Part shown: positions 10,753 to 21,318 of the stretch, piece after piece
How positions within the stretch are numbered: the stretch's first letter is position 1
Layout: every line of letters begins with the position of its first letter
NCBI RefSeq assembly: GCF_044647545.1
Contig: NZ_CP172818.1
Source: Escherichia coli
GTDB lineage: Bacteria; Pseudomonadota; Gammaproteobacteria; Enterobacterales; Enterobacteriaceae
Reading direction: 5' to 3' (one strand)
Length of the DNA stretch: 64,000 bases
Notes under the pieces: model-generated
Told to the model about the DNA's origin: nothing
The model's input: only the letters and a program-made list of their open reading frames with translations
The model's database searches: none
Position numbers and translations under genes: made by a program

Positions 10753-11408
10753 AACTGCAAGGGGTAATTTTCGATCTGGATGGAGTAATCACCGATACCG
10801 CACATCTGCATTTCCAGGCGTGGCAGCAGATTGCCGCTGAAATTGGCATCAGCATTGATGCGCAGTTTAACGAATTCCTAAAAGGGATCAGCCGCGATGA
10901 GTCCCTGCGGCGAATTCTGCAGCACGGGGGTAAAGAGGGCGATTTTAACCCACAGGAACGGGCGCAACTGGCGTATCGCAAAAATCTGCTTTACGTCCAC
11001 TCACTGCGCGAACTGACGGTTAATGCTGTGCTGCCTGGCATTCACAATTTGCTGGTAGAGCTCCGAGCACAGCAGATTCCGGTTGGGCTGGCTTCTGTCT
11101 CCCTGAATGCGCCGACGATTTTAGCAGCGCTGGAGCTGCGCGAGTTTTTCACCTTCTGCGCGGACGCTTCCCAACTCAAAAATTCGAAACCGGACCCGGA
11201 AATCTTTCTCGCCGCCTGTGCAGGGCTGGGCGTGCCGCCACAGGCATGTATCGGCATTGAAGATGCGCAGGCGGGCATTGAAGCCATTAACGCCAGCGGT
11301 ATGCGCTCGGTGGGGATCGGCGCGGGCTTAACCGGGGCGCAATTGCTGTTGCCCTCAACGGAATCTCTCACATGGTCGCGGTTATCGGCCTTCTGGCAAA
11401 ACGTATAG
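10749..11408 (+). CDS. ycjU: beta-phosphoglucomutase (HAD superfamily)
   Basis: 219 aa ORF with HAD motif I ([12 protein letters not shown]); start overlaps ycjT stop. Confidence 0.9.
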   Translation: MKLQGVIFDLDGVITDTAHLHFQAWQQIAAEIGISIDAQFNEFLKGISRDESLRRILQHGGKEGDFNPQERAQLAYRKNLLYVHSLRELTVNAVLPGIHNLLVELRAQQIPVGLASVSLNAPTILAALELREFFTFCADASQLKNSKPDPEIFLAACAGLGVPPQACIGIEDAQAGIEAINASGMRSVGIGAGLTGAQLLLPSTESLTWSRLSAFWQNV

Positions 11409-11421
11409 CAAAGGAATCAAC

Positions 11422-12504
11422 ATGGCTCAGCTTTCGTTACAACATATTCAAAAAATCTACGATAACCAGGTGCATGTGGTGAAGGACTTCAACCTGGAAA
11501 TTGCCGATAAAGAGTTCATTGTCTTTGTCGGTCCGTCAGGCTGCGGTAAATCGACTACGCTGCGCATGATTGCCGGGCTTGAGGAGATCAGCGGTGGCGA
11601 TCTGTTGATCGACGGCAAACGAATGAATGACGTTCCAGCCAAAGCGCGCAATATCGCGATGGTGTTCCAGAACTACGCGCTGTATCCGCATATGACGGTC
11701 TACGACAACATGGCGTTTGGCCTGAAGATGCAAAAAATCGCCAAAGAGGTGATTGATGAGCGGGTTAACTGGGCGGCGCAAATCCTCGGCCTGCGTGAGT
11801 ACCTGAAACGCAAGCCGGGCGCGCTTTCTGGCGGGCAACGCCAGCGTGTGGCGCTCGGACGGGCGATTGTGCGCGAAGCGGGCGTGTTTTTAATGGATGA
11901 ACCGCTCTCTAACCTTGATGCCAAGCTGCGCGTACAAATGCGCGCAGAGATCAGCAAGCTGCATCAGAAACTGAACACCACCATGATCTACGTGACCCAC
12001 GATCAGACCGAAGCGATGACCATGGCGACGCGGATTGTGATTATGAAGGATGGGATTGTTCAGCAGGTCGGTGCGCCGAAAACGGTTTATAACCAACCTG
12101 CGAATATGTTTGTTGCCGGATTTATTGGATCGCCTGCGATGAATTTTATTCGCGGCACGATCGATGGCGATAAATTCGTTACGGAAACGCTTAAATTAAC
12201 CATACCCGAAGAGAAATTAGCGGTTCTGAAAACACAGGAAAGTTTGCATAAGCCCATCGTGATGGGAATACGCCCGGAAGATATTCATCCGGACGCGCAA
12301 GAGGAAAATAACATTTCCGCCAAAATTAGCGTGGCAGAATTAACCGGTGCGGAATTTATGCTCTACACCACGGTTGGGGGGCACGAGTTAGTGGTCCGTG
12401 CTGGTGCGTTAAATGATTATCATGCAGGAGAAAATATCACTATTCATTTTGATATGACTAAATGTCATTTCTTTGATGCAGAAACGAAAATAGCAATTCG
12501 CTAA
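11422..12504 (+). CDS. ycjV: ABC transporter ATP-binding protein (MalK-like)
   Basis: 360 aa ORF with Walker A (GPSGCGKST), ABC signature (LSGGQRQRV) and Walker B (FLMDEPLSNLD). Confidence 0.85.
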   Translation: MAQLSLQHIQKIYDNQVHVVKDFNLEIADKEFIVFVGPSGCGKSTTLRMIAGLEEISGGDLLIDGKRMNDVPAKARNIAMVFQNYALYPHMTVYDNMAFGLKMQKIAKEVIDERVNWAAQILGLREYLKRKPGALSGGQRQRVALGRAIVREAGVFLMDEPLSNLDAKLRVQMRAEISKLHQKLNTTMIYVTHDQTEAMTMATRIVIMKDGIVQQVGAPKTVYNQPANMFVAGFIGSPAMNFIRGTIDGDKFVTETLKLTIPEEKLAVLKTQESLHKPIVMGIRPEDIHPDAQEENNISAKISVAELTGAEFMLYTTVGGHELVVRAGALNDYHAGENITIHFDMTKCHFFDAETKIAIR

Positions 12505-12548
12505 ATACAGGGGGAAGGCATTCCCCCAGAATAATACAAGGAACAATA

Positions 12549-13454
12549 ATGAAAAAGTTATTACCCTGTACCGCACTGGTGATGTGTGCGGGAATGGCTT
12601 GCGCACAGGCCGAGGAAAAGAACGACTGGCACTTTAATATCGGCGCGATGTACGAAATAGAAAACGTCGAAGGTTATGGCGAAGATATGGATGGGCTCGC
12701 GGAGCCTTCTGTCTATTTTAATGCCGCCAACGGGCCGTGGAGAATTTCTCTGGCCTATTATCAGGAAGGGCCGGTAGATTATAGCGCGGGTAAACGTGGA
12801 ACGTGGTTTGATCGCCCGGAGCTGGAGGTACATTATCAGTTCCTCGAAAGCGATGATTTCAGTTTCGGTCTGACTGGTGGTTTCCGTAATTATGGTTATC
12901 ACTACGTTGATGAACCGGGTAAAGACACGGCGAATATGCAGCGTTGGAAAATCGCGCCAGACTGGGATGTGAAACTGACTGACGATTTACGTTTCAACGG
13001 TTGGTTATCGATGTATAAATTTGCCAACGATCTGAACACGACCGGTTACGCTGATACCCGAGTCGAAACGGAAACAGGTCTGCAATATACCTTCAACGAA
13101 ACGGTTGCTTTGCGAGTGAACTATTATCTCGAGCGCGGCTTCAATATGGACGACAGCCGCAATAACGGTGAGTTTTCCACGCAAGAAATTCGTGCCTATT
13201 TGCCGCTGACGCTCGGCAACCACTCGGTGACGCCGTATACGCGCATTGGGCTGGATCGCTGGAGTAACTGGGACTGGCTGGATGATATTGAACGTGAAGG
13301 CCATGATTTTAACCGTGTGGGGTTATTTTACGGTTATGATTTCCAGAATGGTCTTTCCGTTTCGCTGGAATACGCGTTTGAGTGGCAGGATCACGACGAA
13401 GGCGACAGCGATAAATTCCATTATGCAGGTGTCGGCGTAAATTACTCGTTCTGA
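12549..13454 (+). CDS. ompG: outer membrane porin OmpG
   Basis: 301 aa ORF with signal peptide and C-terminal aromatic residue (..GVNYSF); sequence matches recalled OmpG. Confidence 0.9.
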   Translation: MKKLLPCTALVMCAGMACAQAEEKNDWHFNIGAMYEIENVEGYGEDMDGLAEPSVYFNAANGPWRISLAYYQEGPVDYSAGKRGTWFDRPELEVHYQFLESDDFSFGLTGGFRNYGYHYVDEPGKDTANMQRWKIAPDWDVKLTDDLRFNGWLSMYKFANDLNTTGYADTRVETETGLQYTFNETVALRVNYYLERGFNMDDSRNNGEFSTQEIRAYLPLTLGNHSVTPYTRIGLDRWSNWDWLDDIEREGHDFNRVGLFYGYDFQNGLSVSLEYAFEWQDHDEGDSDKFHYAGVGVNYSF

Positions 13455-13503
13455 TAATGGGTTAAATTGCCGGATGCGGCGCGAGCGCTAAATCGGCATA
13501 CAT

Positions 13504-14502
13504 TTATTTCAACGACATATGCGTAGCAACGGTAATATTTTGTGGTGACGGTTTTCCGGCAATTAGCTGGAATAATAACTCGCAGCTTTGTTGACCTAAC
13601 TCCTGCGTCGGAACATCGATGCCGCCTGGTGCAGGCGTTAATATAAACGACAGCGTTTCATTACTATAACCCACCACCGCTAACTGCTGCGGAATAGCAA
13701 TGTTTTTCTCTGCCGCCGCACGATAAATACTCATTAATTTCAGGCTGTCAGTAGCAAACACTGCCTCAGGCAACGGTGACTGGCTTAATAATTCCCGTGC
13801 GGCTTGCAAGGCTGTTTCATGGGTATAACCGCCGTCAACAATCCATTCATCACGCACTGCAATATTATGCGTAGCCAGGCTTTGCTTATAACCATTTACC
13901 CGATCCACTGAAACATGAACATCAAGCGGCGCATGCAGGCAGGCAATATTCTTATGCCCGCTTTCAATTAACGCATTGGTCAGCGCAATACTGTCGCCAT
14001 AATTATCGGTATCGACGGAATAAACATGGCTGTATTGACCTTCAACTTTGCCAATTACCACTACCGGGATCTCGTATTTGTCGAGTTGTGCAAAGAAGGA
14101 TTCATCGGCAGGCGAACTTAGCATAATAATGCCTTTAATCATTTTCTGCTTAATTTTGCTTTCGCATTTTTGCAGATCTTCTGCCGGATTGTGCGACGTT
14201 TGTAATATCACGTCGAAACCTTCTTCTTCCGCTTTGGCGGTGATGGCATGCAAAACTTCAGAGAAAAACGGATTACCCGCCGTAGTTTTGGTCGAACGGG
14301 TAGAAATCACCATAATGGCATCAAAACCCGAAGAGGTCAGCGCGCGTGCCAGCTTGTTTGGTTGATACTGTAATTCTTCAATGGCCCGTAACACTTTTTC
14401 GCGCGCTTCCGGGGAGATATTGGTTTGCTTATTCAGCACGCGTGATACGGTGGATTTTGATACGCCTGCAACCCTGGCAATATCATAAATAGTAGGGGAC
14501 AT
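13504..14502 (-). CDS. ycjW: LacI-family transcriptional repressor
   Basis: 332 aa ORF, N-terminal HTH ([24 protein letters not shown]), periplasmic-binding-like C-domain. Confidence 0.9.
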   Translation of the reverse strand: MSPTIYDIARVAGVSKSTVSRVLNKQTNISPEAREKVLRAIEELQYQPNKLARALTSSGFDAIMVISTRSTKTTAGNPFFSEVLHAITAKAEEEGFDVILQTSHNPAEDLQKCESKIKQKMIKGIIMLSSPADESFFAQLDKYEIPVVVIGKVEGQYSHVYSVDTDNYGDSIALTNALIESGHKNIACLHAPLDVHVSVDRVNGYKQSLATHNIAVRDEWIVDGGYTHETALQAARELLSQSPLPEAVFATDSLKLMSIYRAAAEKNIAIPQQLAVVGYSNETLSFILTPAPGGIDVPTQELGQQSCELLFQLIAGKPSPQNITVATHMSLK

Positions 14503-14656
14503 AGGTCAGGAACTCCGTCCGAACGTGAATGTTGCACATCTTATGGAGTTCGCCCGTCGATGACAACACGGGCAGTTGATAATCAATGGCCTGGCCCCCA
14601 CATTCATATTCTTACGAATGATTTTTTTCTGGTCTTCAGAGCAGCACAGGACAGCA

Positions 14657-16054
14657 ATGAAGCGACTTAAAAATGAACTTAATGCGCTGGTGAATCGGGG
14701 TGTCGACAGACATCTGCGCCTCGCCGTAACCGGACTTAGCCGCAGCGGCAAAACGGCGTTTATCACTGCGATGGTCAATCAGTTGCTCAATATTCACGCC
14801 GGAGCAAGGTTGCCGCTGTTAAGCGCGGTGCGTGAAGAACGGCTGCTGGGCGTAAAACGCATTCCCCAGCGTGACTTTGGCATTCCGCGCTTCACCTATG
14901 ATGAAGGGCTGGCGCAGTTATATGGCGATCCACCCGCCTGGCCAACGCCAACGCGCGGCGTCAGCGAAATTCGCCTGGCGCTACGTTTTAAATCGAACGA
15001 TTCGCTGCTACGCCACTTTAAGGATACCTCCACGCTGTATCTGGAGATTGTGGATTATCCCGGCGAATGGTTGCTCGACCTGCCGATGCTGGCGCAGGAC
15101 TATTTAAGCTGGTCGCGCCAGATGACGGGCTTACTTAATGGTCAGCGCGGCGAATGGTCGGCGAAATGGCGAATGATGTGCGAAGGGCTGGACCCGCTAG
15201 CGCCTGCCGACGAAAACCGGCTGGCAGACATTGCCGCCGCGTGGACCGATTATCTCCACCACTGTAAACAGCAGGGGCTGCACTTTATTCAGCCTGGGCG
15301 CTTTGTCTTGCCGGGAGATATGGCAGGTGCGCCCGCGCTGCAATTCTTCCCGTGGCCAGATGTTGATGCCTGGGGCGAGTCCAAACTGGCGCAGGCCGAT
15401 AAGCACACCAATGCCGGAATGTTGCGCGAGCGGTTTAATTATTACTGCGAGAAAGTGGTGAAGGGGTTCTATAAGAATCATTTTCTGCGCTTTGACCGCC
15501 AGATTGTGCTGGTGGACTGCCTGCAACCTCTCAACAGTGGGCCACAGGCATTTAATGATATGCGTCTGGCGCTGACGCAACTGATGCAAAGTTTTCACTA
15601 CGGGCAGCGAACCCTGTTCCGGCGTTTGTTTTCACCGGTTATCGATAAGCTATTGTTTGCTGCCACTAAAGCAGACCATGTGACCATCGATCAGCACGCC
15701 AATATGGTTTCATTACTGCAACAACTGATTCAGGATGCCTGGCAAAATGCGGCGTTCGAAGGGATCAGCATGGACTGCCTGGGGCTGGCGTCAGTTCAGG
15801 CGACCACCAGCGGCATTATTGATGTTAACGGTGAGAAAATCCCGGCGCTGCGCGGTAATCGACTCAGCGATGGCGCACCGCTCACTGTTTATCCTGGCGA
15901 AGTTCCCGCTCGTTTGCCCGGTCAGGCGTTCTGGGATAAGCAAGGCTTCCAGTTTGAGGCGTTTCGTCCGCAGGTGATGGATGTTGACAAACCGCTGCCG
16001 CATATTCGCCTTGATGCTGCGCTGGAATTTTTAATAGGAGATAAATTGCGATGA
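14657..16054 (+). CDS. ycjX: conserved P-loop NTPase of unknown function (YcjX family)
   Basis: ORF 14576-16054; likely ATG at 14657 (MKRLKNEL...); Walker A-like GLSRSGKT; stop overlaps ycjF start (ATGA). Confidence 0.85.
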   Translation: MKRLKNELNALVNRGVDRHLRLAVTGLSRSGKTAFITAMVNQLLNIHAGARLPLLSAVREERLLGVKRIPQRDFGIPRFTYDEGLAQLYGDPPAWPTPTRGVSEIRLALRFKSNDSLLRHFKDTSTLYLEIVDYPGEWLLDLPMLAQDYLSWSRQMTGLLNGQRGEWSAKWRMMCEGLDPLAPADENRLADIAAAWTDYLHHCKQQGLHFIQPGRFVLPGDMAGAPALQFFPWPDVDAWGESKLAQADKHTNAGMLRERFNYYCEKVVKGFYKNHFLRFDRQIVLVDCLQPLNSGPQAFNDMRLALTQLMQSFHYGQRTLFRRLFSPVIDKLLFAATKADHVTIDQHANMVSLLQQLIQDAWQNAAFEGISMDCLGLASVQATTSGIIDVNGEKIPALRGNRLSDGAPLTVYPGEVPARLPGQAFWDKQGFQFEAFRPQVMDVDKPLPHIRLDAALEFLIGDKLR

Positions 16055-17112
16055 CCGAACCGTTAAAACCACGTATTGATTTCGACGGTCCGCTGGATGT
16101 CGATCAGAATCCTGAATTCAGGGCGCAGCAGACCTTTGACGAAAATCAGGCGCAAAATTTTGCCCCGGCCACGCTCGACGAAGCGCAGGAAGAAGAGGGG
16201 CAAGTTGAAGCGGTGATGGACGCAGCGTTACGTCCGAAACGCAGCCTGTGGCGCAAAATGGTGATGGGCGGGCTGGCTCTGTTTGGCGCAAGCGTTGTCG
16301 GGCAGGGGGTACAGTGGACAATGAATGCCTGGCAAACCCAGGACTGGGTAGCGCTGGGTGGATGTGCCGCAGGGGCATTGATTATCGGCGCTGGCGTAGG
16401 TTCTGTGGTAACAGAGTGGCGGCGCTTATGGCGCTTGCGACAGCGCGCCCATGAACGCGACGAAGCGCGTGATTTATTGCACAGCCATGGCACCGGCAAA
16501 GGCCGCGCATTTTGCGAAAAACTGGCGCAGCAGGCGGGCATCGATCAGTCACATCCGGCGCTGCAACGCTGGTATGCCTCAATCCATGAAACGCAAAACG
16601 ACCGTGAAGTGGTCAGTTTGTATGCGCATTTGGTCCAGCCAGTTTTAGATGCCCAGGCACGGCGCGAAATCAGCCGTTCGGCAGCGGAATCAACATTGAT
16701 GATTGCGGTCAGCCCGCTGGCGCTGGTGGATATGGCATTTATCGCCTGGCGCAATCTGCGTTTGATTAATCGCATCGCCACGCTGTATGGCATTGAACTG
16801 GGGTATTACAGCCGTTTGCGCCTGTTCAAGCTGGTATTGCTGAATATCGCTTTCGCCGGAGCCAGCGAACTGGTGCGCGAAGTGGGGATGGACTGGATGT
16901 CGCAAGATCTCGCTGCTCGTTTGTCTACCCGCGCAGCTCAGGGGATTGGTGCAGGACTTCTGACGGCACGACTGGGGATTAAAGCTATGGAGCTTTGCCG
17001 CCCGCTGCCGTGGATTGACGATGACAAGCCACGCCTCGGGGATTTCCGTCGTCAGCTTATCGGTCAGGTGAAAGAAACTCTGCAAAAAGGCAAAACGCCC
17101 AGCGAAAAATAA
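16051..17112 (+). CDS. ycjF: conserved inner-membrane protein of unknown function (YcjF family)
   Basis: 353 aa ORF with hydrophobic segments; translationally coupled to ycjX. Confidence 0.85.
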   Translation: MTEPLKPRIDFDGPLDVDQNPEFRAQQTFDENQAQNFAPATLDEAQEEEGQVEAVMDAALRPKRSLWRKMVMGGLALFGASVVGQGVQWTMNAWQTQDWVALGGCAAGALIIGAGVGSVVTEWRRLWRLRQRAHERDEARDLLHSHGTGKGRAFCEKLAQQAGIDQSHPALQRWYASIHETQNDREVVSLYAHLVQPVLDAQARREISRSAAESTLMIAVSPLALVDMAFIAWRNLRLINRIATLYGIELGYYSRLRLFKLVLLNIAFAGASELVREVGMDWMSQDLAARLSTRAAQGIGAGLLTARLGIKAMELCRPLPWIDDDKPRLGDFRRQLIGQVKETLQKGKTPSEK

Positions 17113-17171
17113 TGCAATATCGGGTGCTGACCGGATATCTTTACGCCGAAGTGCCCGTTTTTCCGTCTTTG

Positions 17172-17189
17172 TGTCAATGATTGTTGACA
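17172..17189 (+). promoter_or_regulatory. TyrR-box-like palindrome upstream of tyrR (candidate autoregulatory site)
   Basis: tgtcaa-tgattg-ttgaca, fits TGTAAA-N6-TTTACA class, about 70 bp upstream of tyrR start. Confidence 0.5.
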
Positions 17190-17259
17190 GAAACCTTCCT
17201 GCTATTCAAATAGTGTCATATCATCATATTAATTGTTCTTTTTTCAGGTGAAGGTTCCC

Positions 17260-18801
17260 ATGCGTCTGGAAGTCTTTTGTGAAGACCGACTCGGTCTGAC
17301 CCGCGAATTACTCGATCTACTCGTGCTAAGAGGCATTGATTTACGCGGTATTGAGATTGATCCCATTGGGCGAATCTACCTCAATTTTGCTGAACTGGAG
17401 TTTGAGAGTTTCAGCAGTCTGATGGCCGAAATACGCCGTATTGCAGGTGTTACCGATGTGCGTACTGTCCCGTGGATGCCTTCCGAACGTGAGCATCTGG
17501 CGTTGAGCGCGTTACTGGAGGCATTGCCTGAACCTGTGCTCTCTGTCGATATGAAAAGCAAAGTGGATATGGCGAACCCGGCGAGCTGTCAGCTTTTTGG
17601 GCAAAAATTGGATCGCCTGCGCAACCATACCGCCGCGCAATTGATTAACGGCTTTAATTTTTTACGCTGGCTGGAAAGCGAACCGCAAGATTCGCATAAC
17701 GAGCATGTCGTTATTAATGGGCAGAATTTCCTGATGGAGATTACGCCTGTTTATCTTCAGGATGAAAATGATCAACACGTCCTGACCGGTGCGGTGGTGA
17801 TGCTGCGATCAACGATTCGTATGGGCCGTCAGTTGCAAAATGTCGCTGCCCAGGACGTCAGCGCCTTTAGTCAAATTGTCGCCGTCAGCCCGAAAATGAA
17901 GCATGTTGTCGAACAGGCGCAGAAACTGGCGATGCTAAGCGCGCCACTGCTGATTACGGGTGATACCGGCACCGGAAAAGATCTCTTTGCCTACGCCTGT
18001 CATCAGGCAAGCCCCAGAGCGAGCAAACCTTACCTGGCGCTGAACTGTGCGTCTATACCGGAAGATGCGGTCGAGAGTGAACTGTTTGGTCATGCTCCGG
18101 AAGGGAAGAAAGGGTTCTTTGAGCAGGCGAACGGTGGTTCGGTGCTGTTGGATGAAATAGGGGAAATGTCACCACGGATGCAGGCGAAATTACTGCGTTT
18201 CCTTAATGATGGCACCTTCCGTCGGGTTGGCGAAGACCATGAGGTGCATGTCGATGTGCGGGTGATTTGTGCTACGCAGAAGAATCTGGTCGAACTGGTG
18301 CAAAAAGGCGTGTTCCGTGAAGATCTCTATTATCGTCTGAACGTGTTGACGCTCAATCTGCCGCCGCTACGTGACTGTCCGCAGGACATCATGCCGTTAA
18401 CCGAGCTGTTCGTCGCCCGCTTTGCCGACGAGCAGGGCGTGCCGCGTCCGAAACTGGCCGCTGATCTGAATACTGTACTTACGCGTTATGCGTGGCCGGG
18501 AAATGTGCGGCAGTTAAAGAACGCTATCTATCGTGCACTGACACAACTGGACGGTTATGAGCTGCGTCCACAGGATATTTTGTTGCCGGATTATGACGCC
18601 GCAACGGTAGCCGTGGGCGAAGATGCGATGGAAGGTTCGCTGGACGAAATCACCAGCCGTTTTGAACGCTCGGTATTAACCCAGCTTTATCGCAATTATC
18701 CCAGCACGCGCAAACTGGCAAAACGTCTCGGCGTTTCACATACCGCGATTGCCAATAAGTTGCGGGAATATGGTCTGAGTCAGAAGAAGAACGAAGAGTA
18801 A
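17260..18801 (+). CDS. tyrR: sigma-54-family-type transcriptional regulator TyrR
   Basis: ORF 17233-18801; likely ATG at 17260 (MRLEVFCEDRLGLT...); AAA+ domain with GDTGTGKDLFA, C-terminal HTH. Confidence 0.9.
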   Translation: MRLEVFCEDRLGLTRELLDLLVLRGIDLRGIEIDPIGRIYLNFAELEFESFSSLMAEIRRIAGVTDVRTVPWMPSEREHLALSALLEALPEPVLSVDMKSKVDMANPASCQLFGQKLDRLRNHTAAQLINGFNFLRWLESEPQDSHNEHVVINGQNFLMEITPVYLQDENDQHVLTGAVVMLRSTIRMGRQLQNVAAQDVSAFSQIVAVSPKMKHVVEQAQKLAMLSAPLLITGDTGTGKDLFAYACHQASPRASKPYLALNCASIPEDAVESELFGHAPEGKKGFFEQANGGSVLLDEIGEMSPRMQAKLLRFLNDGTFRRVGEDHEVHVDVRVICATQKNLVELVQKGVFREDLYYRLNVLTLNLPPLRDCPQDIMPLTELFVARFADEQGVPRPKLAADLNTVLTRYAWPGNVRQLKNAIYRALTQLDGYELRPQDILLPDYDAATVAVGEDAMEGSLDEITSRFERSVLTQLYRNYPSTRKLAKRLGVSHTAIANKLREYGLSQKKNEE

Positions 18802-18807
18802 GCGTGA

Positions 18808-18840
18808 ATATGCCTGATGGTGCAACACCATCAGGCATAT
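18808..18840. terminator. bidirectional intrinsic terminator between convergent tyrR and tpx
   Basis: Perfect 15-bp inverted repeat atatgcctgatggtg-caa-caccatcaggcatat between the two stop codons. Confidence 0.55.
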
Positions 18841-18844
18841 TAAC

Positions 18845-19351
18845 TTATGCTTTCAGTACAGCCAGAGCTGCTTCGTAATCCGGCTCGGTGGTGATTTCAT
18901 CCACCAGCTGGCTGAAAATCACATTGTCATTTTCATCAATAACCACAACGGCACGCGCTGCCAGACCTTTCAGTGGGCCATCAGCAATTGCCACACCGTA
19001 GGCTTGCAGGAATTCAGCGTTACGGAAAGTGGAGAGGGTGATAACGTTGTTCAGACCTTCTGCGCCGCAGAAACGAGACTGGGCGAATGGCAGATCGGCA
19101 GAGATACACAGCACAACGGTGTTGTCGATCTCGGTTGCCAGTTGGTTAAACTTACGTACTGATGCGGCGCAAACACCGGTATCAATACTCGGGAAAATGT
19201 TCAGCACTTTGCGTTTACCCGCAAACTGACCGAGGGTGACGTCAGACAGATCTTTTGCCACGAGAGTAAAAGTCTGCGCTTTGCTACCCGCCTGCGGGAT
19301 GGAATTGGCGACTGTAACCGGGTTGCCCTGGAAATGAACGGTTTGTGACAT
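18845..19351 (-). CDS. tpx: thiol peroxidase
   Basis: 168 aa ORF, peroxiredoxin family with catalytic Cys context (DTGVCAASV); matches recalled Tpx. Confidence 0.9.
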   Translation of the reverse strand: MSQTVHFQGNPVTVANSIPQAGSKAQTFTLVAKDLSDVTLGQFAGKRKVLNIFPSIDTGVCAASVRKFNQLATEIDNTVVLCISADLPFAQSRFCGAEGLNNVITLSTFRNAEFLQAYGVAIADGPLKGLAARAVVVIDENDNVIFSQLVDEITTEPDYEAALAVLKA

Positions 19352-19469
19352 GATTATCTTTCCTGTTTACATATAGTTAACGTCACACCTAGTTTATGCT
19401 AACTGTCAATAACACAGCAAACGCTATTTGCGCTTAATCCGCAGACCACCGCGACAACAAGGAGTAAAG

Positions 19470-20435
19470 ATGAGAACCGTTAAGGTATTTGAGGAGGCCT
19501 GGCCCTTACATACCCCGTTTGTGATTGCCCGGGGAAGTCGCAGTGAAGCGCGCGTGGTGGTGGTTGAACTGGAAGAAGATGGCGTCAAAGGTACGGGCGA
19601 ATGTACGCCTTATCCGCGCTATGGCGAAAGTGATGCCTCGGTAATGGCGCAAATTATGAGCGTCGTGCCGCAATTAGAGAAAGGGCTGACACGGGAGGAG
19701 TTGCAAAAAATCCTCCCTGCCGGCGCAGCACGTAATGCGCTGGATTGTGCATTGTGGGATCTGGCGGCGCGAAAACAGCAGCAATCGCTGGCTGATTTGA
19801 TCGGCATAACGCTTCCCGAGACAGTCACCACGGCACAGACGATAGTCATCGGTACGCCTGATCAGATGGCCAATAGTGCATCAACACTCTGGCAGGCAGG
19901 CGCGAAATTACTGAAAGTGAAGCTGGATAACCATCTTATCAGTGAGCGGATGGTGGCAATTCGCACAGCTGTGCCCGATGCGACGCTGATCGTTGATGCA
20001 AATGAATCCTGGCGTGCAGAAGGGTTGGCGGCGCGTTGCCAGCTATTGGCAGATTTAGGCGTTGCGATGCTTGAACAACCGCTTTCTGCGCAGGACGATG
20101 CGGCGCTGGAGAATTTTATTCATCCGTTACCGATTTGTGCTGATGAAAGTTGTCATACTCGTAGCAATCTGAAGGCGCTGAAAGGGCGCTATGAGATGGT
20201 TAACATTAAGCTTGATAAAACCGGTGGTCTGACGGAAGCGCTGGCGCTGGCGACTGAAGCGCGTGCACAAGGTTTTCGTCTGATGCTGGGCTGCATGTTG
20301 TGTACCTCTCGGGCCATTAGCGCCGCTTTACCGCTGGTGCCGCAGGTCAGTTTCGCCGATCTTGACGGACCGACCTGGCTGGCGGTAGATGTGGAACCGG
20401 CGCTTCAGTTCACAACGGGCGAATTGCATCTTTAG
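19470..20435 (+). CDS. ycjG: L-Ala-D/L-Glu epimerase (enolase superfamily)
   Basis: ORF 19428-20435; likely ATG at 19470 (MRTVKVFEEAWPL...); enolase-superfamily features. Confidence 0.85.
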   Translation: MRTVKVFEEAWPLHTPFVIARGSRSEARVVVVELEEDGVKGTGECTPYPRYGESDASVMAQIMSVVPQLEKGLTREELQKILPAGAARNALDCALWDLAARKQQQSLADLIGITLPETVTTAQTIVIGTPDQMANSASTLWQAGAKLLKVKLDNHLISERMVAIRTAVPDATLIVDANESWRAEGLAARCQLLADLGVAMLEQPLSAQDDAALENFIHPLPICADESCHTRSNLKALKGRYEMVNIKLDKTGGLTEALALATEARAQGFRLMLGCMLCTSRAISAALPLVPQVSFADLDGPTWLAVDVEPALQFTTGELHL

Positions 20436-21138
20436 GATGCCAGCGCAGCAAGTTTGCCATCGCAAAGAGATATTTTTCGCTGGCTTCGTCGGAGGAGATG
20501 GGCGGAAACTCTGCGGTGATGCAATGCAGGTTGAGATCCGCACACCAACTGCCGAAAGAGCCAGGCGTTTCATAACCGACGCTGGTTACCAGTGGCAATT
20601 CAAACGCCTGGGCCAGCCATTCACCTAATTCGCTGTGTCTGGGGTCTTCAATACAGGCCAGTGGATCGTGGAATGAGACCACCCAGGCAGGTTGAATGCG
20701 GTGTATAAGCTGGCACAGCGCCTGAGTTTCAGGTTCGGAGCCAGGTTTGTCACCTGTCAGTAAAACGACATCACGTTCTTCAGCGGTGCTGTTCCAGCGA
20801 TAAACTGTTTCACCTTCCTTCCAGTTCGCTGCCGGAAAGTTTCGGTTTAAATCCACACCATTAGCATTGGCCCGTAACCCTAACTGGCAGCCGTCAGGAT
20901 TCACACACAGCACCACATGATGGCGGCGCAAAGACGGTGTCAAAGTCCGCAGAGCACAGGAGAGCGTGACGATCGAAGAGTTTTCATCACCGTGAGTGCC
21001 AGCCAGAATCAAACCACTTTCGTGACTGGCGGCTGGGGCCGGAAACCAGATCAAAGGCGCGCCCAATAATGAACGTCCGTAATGTTCTGTACCGGGCGGA
21101 AATGCGCCGCGTTCGGCGCGTGGGCGAGTTACGGTCAT
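20410..21138 (-). CDS. mpaA: murein peptide amidase A (gamma-D-Glu-Dap amidase, M14-like)
   Basis: ORF 20410-21198; likely start MTVTRPRAERG at 21138; zinc carboxypeptidase-like HGDEN motif. Confidence 0.85.
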   Translation of the reverse strand: MTVTRPRAERGAFPPGTEHYGRSLLGAPLIWFPAPAASHESGLILAGTHGDENSSIVTLSCALRTLTPSLRRHHVVLCVNPDGCQLGLRANANGVDLNRNFPAANWKEGETVYRWNSTAEERDVVLLTGDKPGSEPETQALCQLIHRIQPAWVVSFHDPLACIEDPRHSELGEWLAQAFELPLVTSVGYETPGSFGSWCADLNLHCITAEFPPISSDEASEKYLFAMANLLRWHPKDAIRPL

Positions 21139-21318
21139 GATCGTCTCTGGTTCAGGAAGTATTACAGGCAGTGTTGTGCAAATTTTGCGGATTATCAAAT
21201 CCTTTTCTTCAACGCTATGTTATCGATCTTTTCACTTTTTTGCCGGAAGTTGTTTGCATTTCTTTAAGGCGAAACAAATAATTACGCATCAATTTTAATG
21301 TCGGTTAGAGGGAAACTT

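Noticed and set aside
13455-13503. REP-like fragment gccggatgcggcgcgagcgc after ompG
   Set aside because: Too short and imperfect to call a REP element or terminator with confidence
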